Below, in pieces: positions 16,596 to 24,824 of a stretch of DNA of 35,830 nucleotides. Under the pieces are notes generated by a model. That model was not told the origin of the DNA. It saw only the letters and a list, made by a program, of their open reading frames with translations, and made no database searches. Source of the stretch: Deferrisomatales bacterium (GTDB lineage: Bacteria > Desulfobacterota > Deferrisomatia > Deferrisomatales > JACRMM01); the NCBI GenBank assembly GCA_033551855.1, contig JAWSUI010000038.1, positions 1 through 35,830 on the forward strand, given 5' to 3'. The translations under genes were made by a program, and so were the position numbers. Within the stretch, counting starts at the first letter, position 1. Each line of letters opens with the position of its first letter.

Positions 16596-18875
16596 TCAAG
16601 CGGCCCCCTGGACGTCGAGGCGCACCTCGCCCCTCTCGACCCCGACCTCGACCCGGCCCCCGGACTGGAGTCGGCCGAAAAGCAGCTCGTCGGCCAGGCG
16701 GCGCCGGATCTCCCGATCGATCAGCCGGCCCATCGGCCGGGCGCCCTGCCGGCGATCGTACCCCCTCTCGGCCAGCCAGCGGCGGGCCTCCGGGGTCAGT
16801 ACCAGCTCGACCCTCCTCCCGTGAAGCTGCTCCCCGAGCTCCCCCACGAGCTTGTCCACCACCCGCTCGATGACCTCGGGGCTGAGGGGGGAGAAGGGAA
16901 TCCAGGCATCCAGGCGATTGCGGAACTCCGGCGAGAAGGTGCGCTCCACGGCCCCCCTCTCTCCGCCCCCGCCGCCCCCGAACCCGCCGAAGCCGATGCG
17001 TTCCTGGGCGAGCTCCTGGGCGCCCGCGTTGGTCGTCAGGATCAGCACCACATTGCGGAAGTCGGCTTTTCGCCCGTTGTTGTCCGTGAGGGTGGCGTGG
17101 TCCATCACCTGGAGGAGGATGTTGTAGACGTCCGGGTGTGCCTTCTCGATCTCGTCCAGGACCAGCACCGCGTAGGGGTGCTTGAGGATGGCGTCGGTCA
17201 GGAGCCCCCCCTGGTCGAAGCCCACGTACCCCGGGGGGGCGCCGATGAGCCGGGAGACCGCGTGCTTCTCCATGTACTCGCTCATGTCGAACCGCACCAG
17301 CTCGACGCCCATCGCCACGGCCAACTGACGCGCCAATTCCGTCTTGCCCACCCCCGTGGGCCCCGAGAAGAGGAACGAGCCGACAGGCCGCTCCGTACCC
17401 CCCAGGCCCGCCCGGGACAGCTTGATGGCCGCCACCAGACTTCCCACCGCGGCGTCCTGGCCAAAGATCACCTCCTTCAGCTCGCCCTCCAGGCTGGAGA
17501 GCCTCTCCCGATCGGTGGTGGAGACGGTCCGGGCGGGAATCCGCGCCATTTTCGCGACCAGGGTCTCCACGTCCCGGGACCGCACCGTCTTGCGGGGCGG
17601 ACGGCCCAGGCGGGCTGCGGCCCCCGCCTCGTCCATGACGTCAATGGCCTTGTCCGGCAGGTGGCGATCCGAGAGGTACTTCGCCGAGAGCTCGGCAGCC
17701 ACCTCGAGGGCCCGGTCACCGTAGCGAACTCCGTGGTGCTCCTCATACCGGGAGCGCAGCCCTTTGAGGATCTGTACCGTCTCACCCACCGAGGGCTCCC
17801 TGATCTCGATCCTTTGGAAGCGCCGGGCCAAGGCCCGATCCCGCTCCAGCGCCCCCTGGTACTCCTTGTAGGTCGTCGATCCGATGCAGCGCAACTTGCC
17901 CCCGGCCAGGGCGGGTTTGAGGAGGTTGGAGGCATCGAGGGTACCTCCGCTCACCGCCCCGGCGCCCACGACCGTGTGGATCTCGTCGATGAAGAGGATC
18001 GCGTTGGGCCGCTGGGTGACCGCCTCGATCACGGCCTTGATCCGCTGCTCGAACTCCCCCCGGTACTTGGTGCCGGCGATGAGGGCCCCCATGTCCAGCG
18101 CAAAGATCTCGGCGCCCCGGAGGGGCTCGGGCACCCGCCCTTCGTGCACCGCCAGGGCGAGACCCTCGGCCACGGCGGTCTTTCCCACCCCGGCCTCCCC
18201 CACGAACACCGGGTTGTTCTTTCGGCGCCGGCACAGCACCTGCACCGTCCTCTCCAACTCGGCCGTGCGCCCGATCAGGGGGTCGATACCGCCTTGGGCC
18301 GCCCTCCGGACGAGATCGACGGTAAAAGCCGCCAGGGGCTCCCGGCTCGGCCGCGGGGTCTCTTCTTCTGCCTCCTCCCCTTCCCCGCCCTCCTCATCGG
18401 CCTCCTCCGGCTCCGCGGCCCCAGCGCCTTCTCCGTCGGCCCCCGGCCTCGGCACCCCGTGGGAGATGACGTTGAGCAGGTCCAGCCGGGTCACCCCATG
18501 GGCTCGGAGGAGAGACACCGCGTGGGCCTCGGCCTCGCGGTACATGGCCGCGAGGACGTCGGCGGCATCGATTTCCTTCTTGCCGGAGGACAAGACGTGG
18601 TCGGCGGCCCGCTGGAGCACCCGCGTCACCGCCAGGGTCTGCTCGATGTCGAGCTTCGCGCCCTCGGGCACCGCCTCGAGGGACTCCAGATACTTTTCCA
18701 GGCCGAGCCGCAGCTCTTCCACCTCGGCCCCGCAGGCCCGCAGGATGTCCACGGTGTAGGGGTCCCGCAGCATGCCCAGGAGCAGGTGCTCCAGAGAAAC
18801 CAAGTCGTGGCGGCGCCTCAGGGCCTCCTGCACCGCGGTATTGAAAGCGAGCTGCAGATCCTTCGCGATCGTCAT
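16596..18875 (-). CDS. clpA: ATP-dependent Clp protease ATP-binding subunit ClpA
   Basis: Two AAA modules (GEAGVGKT, GPTGVGKT), FDMSEYMEKHAVSRLIGAPPGYVG, IGF loop, no middle domain. Follows clpS. Confidence 0.96.
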   Translation of the reverse strand: MTIAKDLQLAFNTAVQEALRRRHDLVSLEHLLLGMLRDPYTVDILRACGAEVEELRLGLEKYLESLEAVPEGAKLDIEQTLAVTRVLQRAADHVLSSGKKEIDAADVLAAMYREAEAHAVSLLRAHGVTRLDLLNVISHGVPRPGADGEGAGAAEPEEADEEGGEGEEAEEETPRPSREPLAAFTVDLVRRAAQGGIDPLIGRTAELERTVQVLCRRRKNNPVFVGEAGVGKTAVAEGLALAVHEGRVPEPLRGAEIFALDMGALIAGTKYRGEFEQRIKAVIEAVTQRPNAILFIDEIHTVVGAGAVSGGTLDASNLLKPALAGGKLRCIGSTTYKEYQGALERDRALARRFQRIEIREPSVGETVQILKGLRSRYEEHHGVRYGDRALEVAAELSAKYLSDRHLPDKAIDVMDEAGAAARLGRPPRKTVRSRDVETLVAKMARIPARTVSTTDRERLSSLEGELKEVIFGQDAAVGSLVAAIKLSRAGLGGTERPVGSFLFSGPTGVGKTELARQLAVAMGVELVRFDMSEYMEKHAVSRLIGAPPGYVGFDQGGLLTDAILKHPYAVLVLDEIEKAHPDVYNILLQVMDHATLTDNNGRKADFRNVVLILTTNAGAQELAQERIGFGGFGGGGGGERGAVERTFSPEFRNRLDAWIPFSPLSPEVIERVVDKLVGELGEQLHGRRVELVLTPEARRWLAERGYDRRQGARPMGRLIDREIRRRLADELLFGRLQSGGRVEVGVERGEVRLDVQGAA

Positions 18876-19201
18876 CCGGTAGGCTCCATGGTGCAGAGGA
18901 GGGGAAACTCGGCCTCCCGCGCCAGGCGGCTCACCTTCGCCACCCGGGACTCGGCGACCTCCCGCGGGTATACGCCCGCTTCCCCCACCCCCCTGCGGTG
19001 TATGTGCAGCATGATCTCTATGGCCTCTTTCTCGGTCCGGTGGAAGACCCCCATGAGCACCTCCACCACGAACTCCATGGTGGTGTAGTCGTCGTTGTGC
19101 AGGAGCACCCGGTAGAGCCGCGGCGGCTGCACCCGCACCTTCCGTTCCAGGGCGGTAGACAGATCGCCCTGCGAGTCCGTGCGGTTTCCTCTCCCTGCCA
19201 T
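18872..19201 (-). CDS. clpS: ClpA adaptor ClpS
   Basis: PRLYRVLLHNDDYTTMEFVV, EVAESRV, FPLLCTME. Confidence 0.96.
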   Translation of the reverse strand: MAGRGNRTDSQGDLSTALERKVRVQPPRLYRVLLHNDDYTTMEFVVEVLMGVFHRTEKEAIEIMLHIHRRGVGEAGVYPREVAESRVAKVSRLAREAEFPLLCTMEPTG

Positions 19202-19301
19202 ACCCGCGAGTATAAGCCCTCTCGGCTGCCTTTGCGACCCTCGGCGGCCACCCGTCCGGACCGCGGCGCCGAAAAGAAAAACCTGTCCCACATCTTGCTT
19301 A

Positions 19302-19317
19302 TTGGATTTTCTTTGCT
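19302..19317 (+). promoter_or_regulatory. Possible sigma54 promoter of the minor pilin cluster
   Basis: TGGATTTTCTTTGCT has GG-N10-GC spacing in an AT-rich patch. An overlapping sigma70-like TTGCTT-N16-TAGTTT is an alternative reading. Confidence 0.4.
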
Positions 19318-19330
19318 AGTTTTTCGGTCA

Positions 19331-20287
19331 ATGCTTCCGAGAGTAGGCAGTCCCGCCCCGTCCCACCGAGCAGGATTCGCCCTGGCCTCCGCGATGATGG
19401 TCCTCGCCCTGCTTTGTCTCCTGGGGATGTCCGCCGTGCAGTCCACAACACTGGAGGTGCAGCTTTCCGCTAGGGACCGGGACGCACGGGCGGCCCTCTA
19501 CGTTGCCGAGGCCGCCCTCGAGGAGGCCCGGTACTACCTCGCCCGGGGATGGGGCAAGACCGCGCCGGCCGGGACCGGCCGCGTCCGGGTCGTCACCCGG
19601 CTCCCCGGCCTCCCCGACGTCTGGGTGGCAGGGCGCTACGCGGGGTTCACCCTCTTCGACCGAGAGGGCCGGGCGTTCCCGGTCCACTCCAATACGGGCG
19701 GCTTCCCCGCGGAGGTGACGGTTGCCGGGGGGGACCCGACGCCTGGTCCCTTCGTGCTCGTGCGCGACCTTCCGGCGGTGGGGGGGAGCGAGCTCCCCAC
19801 GGTCGGCTGGGACGACTTCTTCTCGGAGCTCCGGGTGGAGGACCCCACCTGGGCCGAAAGCTCCGCGCCCGATCTCTGGACGGGGTGGGTTGTCTGGAAC
19901 CCCGTCGGGCAGGGATTTCCCGTCGTCGCATCGGGCACCCTGCCGGAACCGCCCACCGTGTGGCTCCGGTTGACCGGAAACCCGGGTGACGGCCCCTTCC
20001 GGATGGCCCGCCACCCCTGGGCGGAGGCCCTCGCGGCAGGCCACGGGGTGCCGGGGGACCAGGACCCCGACACCCCCGGCTGGGACCGCATCTTCCCCGG
20101 TGGGGCTGCCCACGCGACAGGTACGGCCACGGTCGAGGCACGAGCGGACGCGGGGGAAGCGGGCCGCTTCACCCTGTCCTCCGTCGGCACGGTGGGGCAT
20201 AGCCGGCGGCGCGTGAGCCTGAGCCTCCGCCGGGCCGGCCTGCCCGACCAGCAACTCCGGGACTGGAAGGTGGACGATGCGCCCTGA
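19331..20287 (+). CDS. pilX: PilX-like minor pilin
   Basis: RAG|FALASAMMVL without E5, followed by the PilX N-terminal pattern STTLEVQLSA..ALYVAEAALEEA. Start codon approximate. Confidence 0.75.
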   Translation: MLPRVGSPAPSHRAGFALASAMMVLALLCLLGMSAVQSTTLEVQLSARDRDARAALYVAEAALEEARYYLARGWGKTAPAGTGRVRVVTRLPGLPDVWVAGRYAGFTLFDREGRAFPVHSNTGGFPAEVTVAGGDPTPGPFVLVRDLPAVGGSELPTVGWDDFFSELRVEDPTWAESSAPDLWTGWVVWNPVGQGFPVVASGTLPEPPTVWLRLTGNPGDGPFRMARHPWAEALAAGHGVPGDQDPDTPGWDRIFPGGAAHATGTATVEARADAGEAGRFTLSSVGTVGHSRRRVSLSLRRAGLPDQQLRDWKVDDAP

Positions 20288-20810
20288 CCCCCGAGGGCTC
20301 ACCCTGGTGGAACTGGTGGTCGCCCTCGCTCTCGTCGGGGTGCTCGCGGCTGTGGGCACACCCTACCTTCTGGCAAACCTCCCCGCCTTGCGGGTCAACG
20401 CCGCGGTGCGCCACGTGATCGGCGACCTGCGTCTCGCCCGGTCCCTGGCCGTCGAGCGGGGCGTGGACTGCCTCCTGGTCTTCGACGTGCCGGCGGTGAA
20501 GTATACGGTGATCCTCGACACCGACGACGTGCCGGGGGTCAGCGACGGGGACGAGGTGCTCAAGGAGGTGGACCTCGGGCGCCGGTACCGGGGGGTGGCG
20601 TTTGGAAGCGCCACCGCGGCCGATCCCATCACCTTCGGCGGCGACCAGGCTCTCTTCAAGCCCCGCGGCACGTCCAACGGGGGGAGCGTGCACCTGCGAC
20701 CCGGGCAGGACGCGGGGGTCCGCCAGGATCGGGAGCGAAGGGTGACCGTGCTGTCCACCACCGGCCGGGTCCGGGCGTTTCGGAGGAGCGGAAGCCAGTG
20801 GGAGGGCTAG
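20277..20810 (+). CDS. FimT/GspH-like minor pilin
   Basis: RG|LTLVELVV prepilin motif, DLRLARSLAV, FKPRGTS, TGRVR. Confidence 0.88.
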   Translation: MRPDPRGLTLVELVVALALVGVLAAVGTPYLLANLPALRVNAAVRHVIGDLRLARSLAVERGVDCLLVFDVPAVKYTVILDTDDVPGVSDGDEVLKEVDLGRRYRGVAFGSATAADPITFGGDQALFKPRGTSNGGSVHLRPGQDAGVRQDRERRVTVLSTTGRVRAFRRSGSQWEG

Positions 20811-21013
20811 TAGCACAGCGAGAGTCGCGTCGGAGTCGGGCGCGGGGCCTTCCTGGAGGGCGGTCAGGCGGCCTCGCAACGATGCCCTGGGCGCACCGGA
20901 GGGCCGCAGAGCCGCTCGAAACCGCCTCGCGAGCTGCACGGCGCGCCGGGGTCCTGCCGGCCGTAGGAAAGGTCTCGCGCCGAACCCACACGGAGAACCG
21001 ATGGCTCGTTTCA

Positions 21014-21415
21014 GTGCTAGGCCGGGCCCCACCGGGGGCCCGCGGGTTCACCCTGGTGGAGGCCTTGGTTGCCGTCGCCGTGTTCTCGGTGGGGTTGGTC
21101 AGCCTCGCGCCCCTGGTGGTGGCCAACGTGCGGGCCAACGACGAGGCGGCGGTGCGGACCCGCGCCGTGTGCGTGGCCCAAGACCGGGCGGAGGATCTCC
21201 GAGGGATGGACTACCCCGCGGTCCGCAGTCTGGCGGCGGCCCCCTCCCCCCCGGCCAACGACGGGGTCTACTCCGTGGAGTTGGCCTTCCCCCCGGTGCC
21301 GGCGGTGGAGGGGGACGAGGACGACCTGACCCGGGTGCGGGTGACGGTGCGCTGGGAGCCGGCCAGGGGAGGAGCACGGGAGGTTTCCTTCGTCACCACC
21401 CGGGCGAGGTACTGA
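21014..21415 (+). CDS. pilV: PilV-like minor pilin (start uncertain)
   Basis: RG|FTLVEALVAVAVFSVGL, AQDRAEDLR, VRVTVRW. Confidence 0.75.
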   Translation: MLGRAPPGARGFTLVEALVAVAVFSVGLVSLAPLVVANVRANDEAAVRTRAVCVAQDRAEDLRGMDYPAVRSLAAAPSPPANDGVYSVELAFPPVPAVEGDEDDLTRVRVTVRWEPARGGAREVSFVTTRARY

Positions 21416-22140
21416 TGGGGCGAAACAGAGGGCTCACCCTGGTGGAGCTCTTGGTCGCCCTTGCGGTGGTGGGCACCCTCCTGTCCTTCGTCTATCGGAT
21501 CTTCCTATCCCAGCAGCGCTCCTTCGCCCTCCAGGAGGAAGTGGCCGACGCGCAGCAGAACGCCCGGCTCGCCCTGGAAGAGCTCTCCCGGGCCTTGGCT
21601 TCCCTCGGGGTCGGGGTCGCGGCCGGCCAGGGTCAGGTGTCGCTGCTCGTCGCCCACCCCGATCAGATCACCTTCAACGCCGACCGGAGCGGCGACCACA
21701 ACGCCCTCGCGCCCGGGTCCCCCGTGCCCGGGGCAGGGCCGGCCGACCCCTACCCGTCGGTACCCGGCACCTACGCCCTCTCCCCCGCCGAGACATATCG
21801 TTACTACCTCCGCGCCGACGGCTCGCACCACGTGCTCGCCCGGGAGGTGAACGGCGGGACCGGCCAGCAGACCGCCCTGCTCATCGCCAACCCGGGACTC
21901 GGCCAGCCCCTGTTTCGCTACCACGGGGATTTCGACGGCGACGGGGTGACGGAGACTCTCGACCGGGTGGACCTGCAGACCAGCCCCCGGCTGGCCGCGG
22001 GCGAGCCCCTCGACGCGCTGGTGCGACGGATCGAGATCCACGTGGTGACCCGAACCGCCCACCCCGATCGCCGCCACTCGGATCACGGCGGCCACCGCGT
22101 CACCCGCTTCACGACTTCCGTCACCCTGCGAAACCTCTAG
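21415..22140 (+). CDS. pilW: PilW-like minor pilin
   Basis: MGRNRG|LTLVELLVAL, QQRSFALQEEVADAQQNARLAL, C-terminal TSVTLRNL. TGATG coupling to pilV. Confidence 0.8.
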   Translation: MGRNRGLTLVELLVALAVVGTLLSFVYRIFLSQQRSFALQEEVADAQQNARLALEELSRALASLGVGVAAGQGQVSLLVAHPDQITFNADRSGDHNALAPGSPVPGAGPADPYPSVPGTYALSPAETYRYYLRADGSHHVLAREVNGGTGQQTALLIANPGLGQPLFRYHGDFDGDGVTETLDRVDLQTSPRLAAGEPLDALVRRIEIHVVTRTAHPDRRHSDHGGHRVTRFTTSVTLRNL

Positions 22141-22350
22141 CAACCCCGACTGGGCGAGCCGGTTGCCGTGGGATGCCCGGCCCACCCCGCCTGTCCTGCC
22201 CGCCCGCCGTCTCGCCACCGGGTCCGGCGGGCGACGCCCGCTCCAGCCTGGGTGGCACCGGAGCGTCCCGAGAAGGGGCCCGGCGTAGCCCAGGGGTCAC
22301 GACTGGGGCGTGTCGACGAACGGATGCTCCCGGGGGAAGGGCATGTTTCG

Positions 22351-22559
22351 GGATCATCCGGGAAATGACCGGGTAGTCGCCTCCAGGGACGTTCGGGTGG
22401 GCCCGGCCACGCAGGCGGACGGCCGCTCGACGTGAGCAGCCGCTTCGGGAGTCGCGATGCCGGGAGGATTCCGGATGCGGCGGGGGAGAACACCTGCCGT
22501 GCAGCCCGGCATCGTCTGCCGGAGTGGGCGGGCCCGCCCGGTCGTTTACCGGTGGGACC
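22351..22559 (+). mobile_element. MITE-like structured repeat, family A copy 2
   Basis: Shares long blocks with copy 1 (GAGCAGCCGCTTCGGGAGTCGCGATGCCG, GCGGCGGGGGAGAACACCT, TCGTCTGCCGGAGTGGGCGGGCCC, GGTCGTTTACCGG). Confidence 0.75.
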
Positions 22560-22659
22560 ATTTTTCGCCACCCCTCCCGGCACGCTTCCTGCTATCCTGC
22601 CGGGAAGAGATTCCCCCCGGACCGAACCGCCGCACTCCACGAAGAGACGCACGACCGCG

Positions 22660-24288
22660 ATGCCAAGACCCCGCTGCAAACCTCCGCCCCCGGCGCAAAC
22701 CGGTCCGGGCGTCCTCCGAAGGGCCTTGGCGGCGGCCTCCCTGTGGGCGGTGACGGCGGGCCTTGCCGGCTTTCCCGCCCCGGCGCTGGGCACCGCCCCT
22801 CCGGGGGGTTGGGCGGAGGGACGCATACTGGTCCAGCCCCGAGCCGGGGTGACCGAGGCGGACCTCGAGAGGGTCCTGAGACGCCACCTCGGCCGATCCG
22901 CCCAAAGGCTGCACGGGTTGGGAACCCGCGTCGTGGAAGTGCCAGCCCGTTTCGAGGCCGTGGTGGCGGAAGCCTTGTCCCGGGACCCCCGGGTGGCGTT
23001 CGCCGAACCGGACTTCCGATACCGGCTGCAGCAGTTTCCCGACGACCCGCGCTACCCGAGCCAGTGGCACCTCCCGCGGATCGAGGCCCCCGAAGCCTGG
23101 ACCACGTCCCTGGGCGAAGGCGTGGTCGTCGCCGTGCTCGACACCGGAGTGGACGGGAACCATCCCGACCTCGCCGGCCGACTCCTCCCCGGCTGGAACT
23201 TCTGCGACGGGGATGAGGACACCAACGACGTACACGGCCACGGGACCCAGGTCGCGGGCGTCGTCGCCGCCCAGGGAGACAACGCCGTCGGAGTCGCCTC
23301 GGTGGCGTGGCGTGCCTCCATCTTGCCCGCGCGCGTCGGCTACGCCGACGGCACCGCATTCTCCAGCACCATTGCCAGCGCGCTCGGGTGGGCCGCCGAC
23401 CAGGGCGCGCAGGTGGCCAACATCAGCTACGACATCGTGGGGAGCCGCGCGATCGCCGCCGCTGCGGGGCGCTTCCGGTCGCGCGGCGGCATCGTGGTCG
23501 CCGCGGCGGGCAACACCGGAGCGGCCGTGGAGGCCCCGAGCGAGCCGAACTTCATTTCCGTCAGCGCCACCACGAGCCGGGACACACGGGCGAACTGGTC
23601 GAGCTACGGCCCCCACGTGGACCTCTCGGCCCCGGGCGCAGACATCCTCACCACGGAGATCGGCGGCGGCTATGCCGTCGTCAGCGGCACCTCCTTCGCG
23701 AGCCCGTGCGTCGCCGGTGTCGCGGCGCTCGTCCTTGCGGCCAACCCGGCCCTCGCCTCCCCGGAGGTGGAGTCGATCCTGTTCGGGACCTCCCTGGACC
23801 TGGGAAGCGGGGGTTGGGACGAGGAGTACGGCCACGGACGCGTGAATGCAGCCGCAGCGGTTCGGGCCGCGGTGGGGGAGGCCGGAGGGGACGACCGCGA
23901 GCCGGAGGTCGCCTTCGCCTCGCCCGCCGACGGGGAGGAGGTTTCCGGGGGTGTGGGGGTGGACGTGCACGCCTCGGACGATACGGGCGTCGCCTTCGTC
24001 GAGCTGTACGTGGACGGCTCCCCACACGGCGTGTCCGAACAAGAACCCCACGGGTTCTTCGTGGATTTCAGCGACCGGCCCCCGGGACCGGCGGAGCTGA
24101 CCGCCTACGCCTACGACTCCGCGGGGAACCGGAGCTCCCCGGCCCGGATCACCGTCCAGGTCACGGTCGCCCGCCTCCTCGGCGAGGGCGAAGGGGTAGG
24201 TACGGGAGACCCTCCCCAGGCCGACGCAGCCATCTCCGGTGGGGGCGGCGGGGGCGGCTGCTTTCTCTCCACCCTTTCCGGCAAGTAG
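22660..24288 (+). CDS. S8 family (subtilisin-like) serine peptidase with Ig-like domain and C-terminal Gly-rich/CF sorting motif
   Basis: VAVLDTG (D), HGTQVAG (H), AAAGN, SGTSFASP (S). Ig-like segment ASDDTGVAFVELYVDG..AYDSAGN. Ends SGGGGGGGCFLSTLSGK. Confidence 0.92.
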   Translation: MPRPRCKPPPPAQTGPGVLRRALAAASLWAVTAGLAGFPAPALGTAPPGGWAEGRILVQPRAGVTEADLERVLRRHLGRSAQRLHGLGTRVVEVPARFEAVVAEALSRDPRVAFAEPDFRYRLQQFPDDPRYPSQWHLPRIEAPEAWTTSLGEGVVVAVLDTGVDGNHPDLAGRLLPGWNFCDGDEDTNDVHGHGTQVAGVVAAQGDNAVGVASVAWRASILPARVGYADGTAFSSTIASALGWAADQGAQVANISYDIVGSRAIAAAAGRFRSRGGIVVAAAGNTGAAVEAPSEPNFISVSATTSRDTRANWSSYGPHVDLSAPGADILTTEIGGGYAVVSGTSFASPCVAGVAALVLAANPALASPEVESILFGTSLDLGSGGWDEEYGHGRVNAAAAVRAAVGEAGGDDREPEVAFASPADGEEVSGGVGVDVHASDDTGVAFVELYVDGSPHGVSEQEPHGFFVDFSDRPPGPAELTAYAYDSAGNRSSPARITVQVTVARLLGEGEGVGTGDPPQADAAISGGGGGGGCFLSTLSGK

Positions 24289-24497
24289 GGCTCTCCCGGG
24301 GAATCACGGGTTGCCGTACCTGAGGACGGCCGGGTGGGTCCGGCGGCGCAGGCGGACGGCCGCTCGACAAGAGCATCCCCGTCGGGGCCTGTGGCCCCCT
24401 CGGGCCTTCCGGAGGACCCGAGGGCCCGCAAGCGGCGGGTCGTCCGGCATCGGCCGCCGGAGTGGGCGGACCCACCCGGCCGTTTCCCGGATGAGCC
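24289..24497 (+). mobile_element. MITE-like structured repeat, family A copy 3 (different interior)
   Basis: Ends match copies 1 and 2. Perfect 17-bp IR ACGGCCGGGTGGGTCCG/CGGACCCACCCGGCCGT. Begins right after the S8 TAG. Confidence 0.7.
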
Positions 24498-24584
24498 GCA
24501 AGTAGCGGGATTCGCGCCCCCCGGCCCACGGCCCCGTGCACCTCGAAGCCGGGGGATCGCGGGAGGCAACGGGAACCGACCGCC

Positions 24585-24794
24585 ATGGCCGACGACGACT
24601 TTCGCCCCGTGCCGGGTCTCCGGGGCAGGCTCTATGACCCGCGGTCCCACGGGGAGAGGAAGCACCCCTGCCGGGACTGCTTCGCGTGCCAGTGGTGCGC
24701 CGACACGCGGTGTGCAGCGTGCCGATGCCGGGATTCGACCGGACCGGAGGGCGGCAGCACCGAGCAGCCCGGGGGCGGGTGCTGCCGCCGCTAG
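24585..24794 (+). CDS. Small Cys-rich hypothetical protein
   Basis: KHPCRDCFACQWCADTRCAAC (CxxCxxCxxC-x4-CxxC) in the only coding-like frame of this gap. Confidence 0.65.
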   Translation: MADDDFRPVPGLRGRLYDPRSHGERKHPCRDCFACQWCADTRCAACRCRDSTGPEGGSTEQPGGGCCRR

Positions 24795-24824
24795 CCGGAG
24801 CCCCCCGCTGCCGGGCCTTGCGCT

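Noticed and set aside
16104..19088. 994-aa + strand ORF (also 11191..13011, 14510..16453, 22546..24051, 24882..26477 and many more)
   Set aside because: Antisense or alternative-frame shadows of clear genes (clpA, selA, M23, S8, recN). They are expected at this GC content and are Pro/Arg/Gly-rich with no motifs.
18998..19330. N-terminal extensions of PilX (from 18998) and ClpS (from 19291)
   Set aside because: They overlap the divergent gene and the AT-rich promoter region. Family homology starts later in each.
16222..24497. CRISPR array or integron attC cassette array from the repeated elements
   Set aside because: The repeats are ~209 bp and kilobases apart, with no spacers, cas genes, integrase or attC core sites seen.
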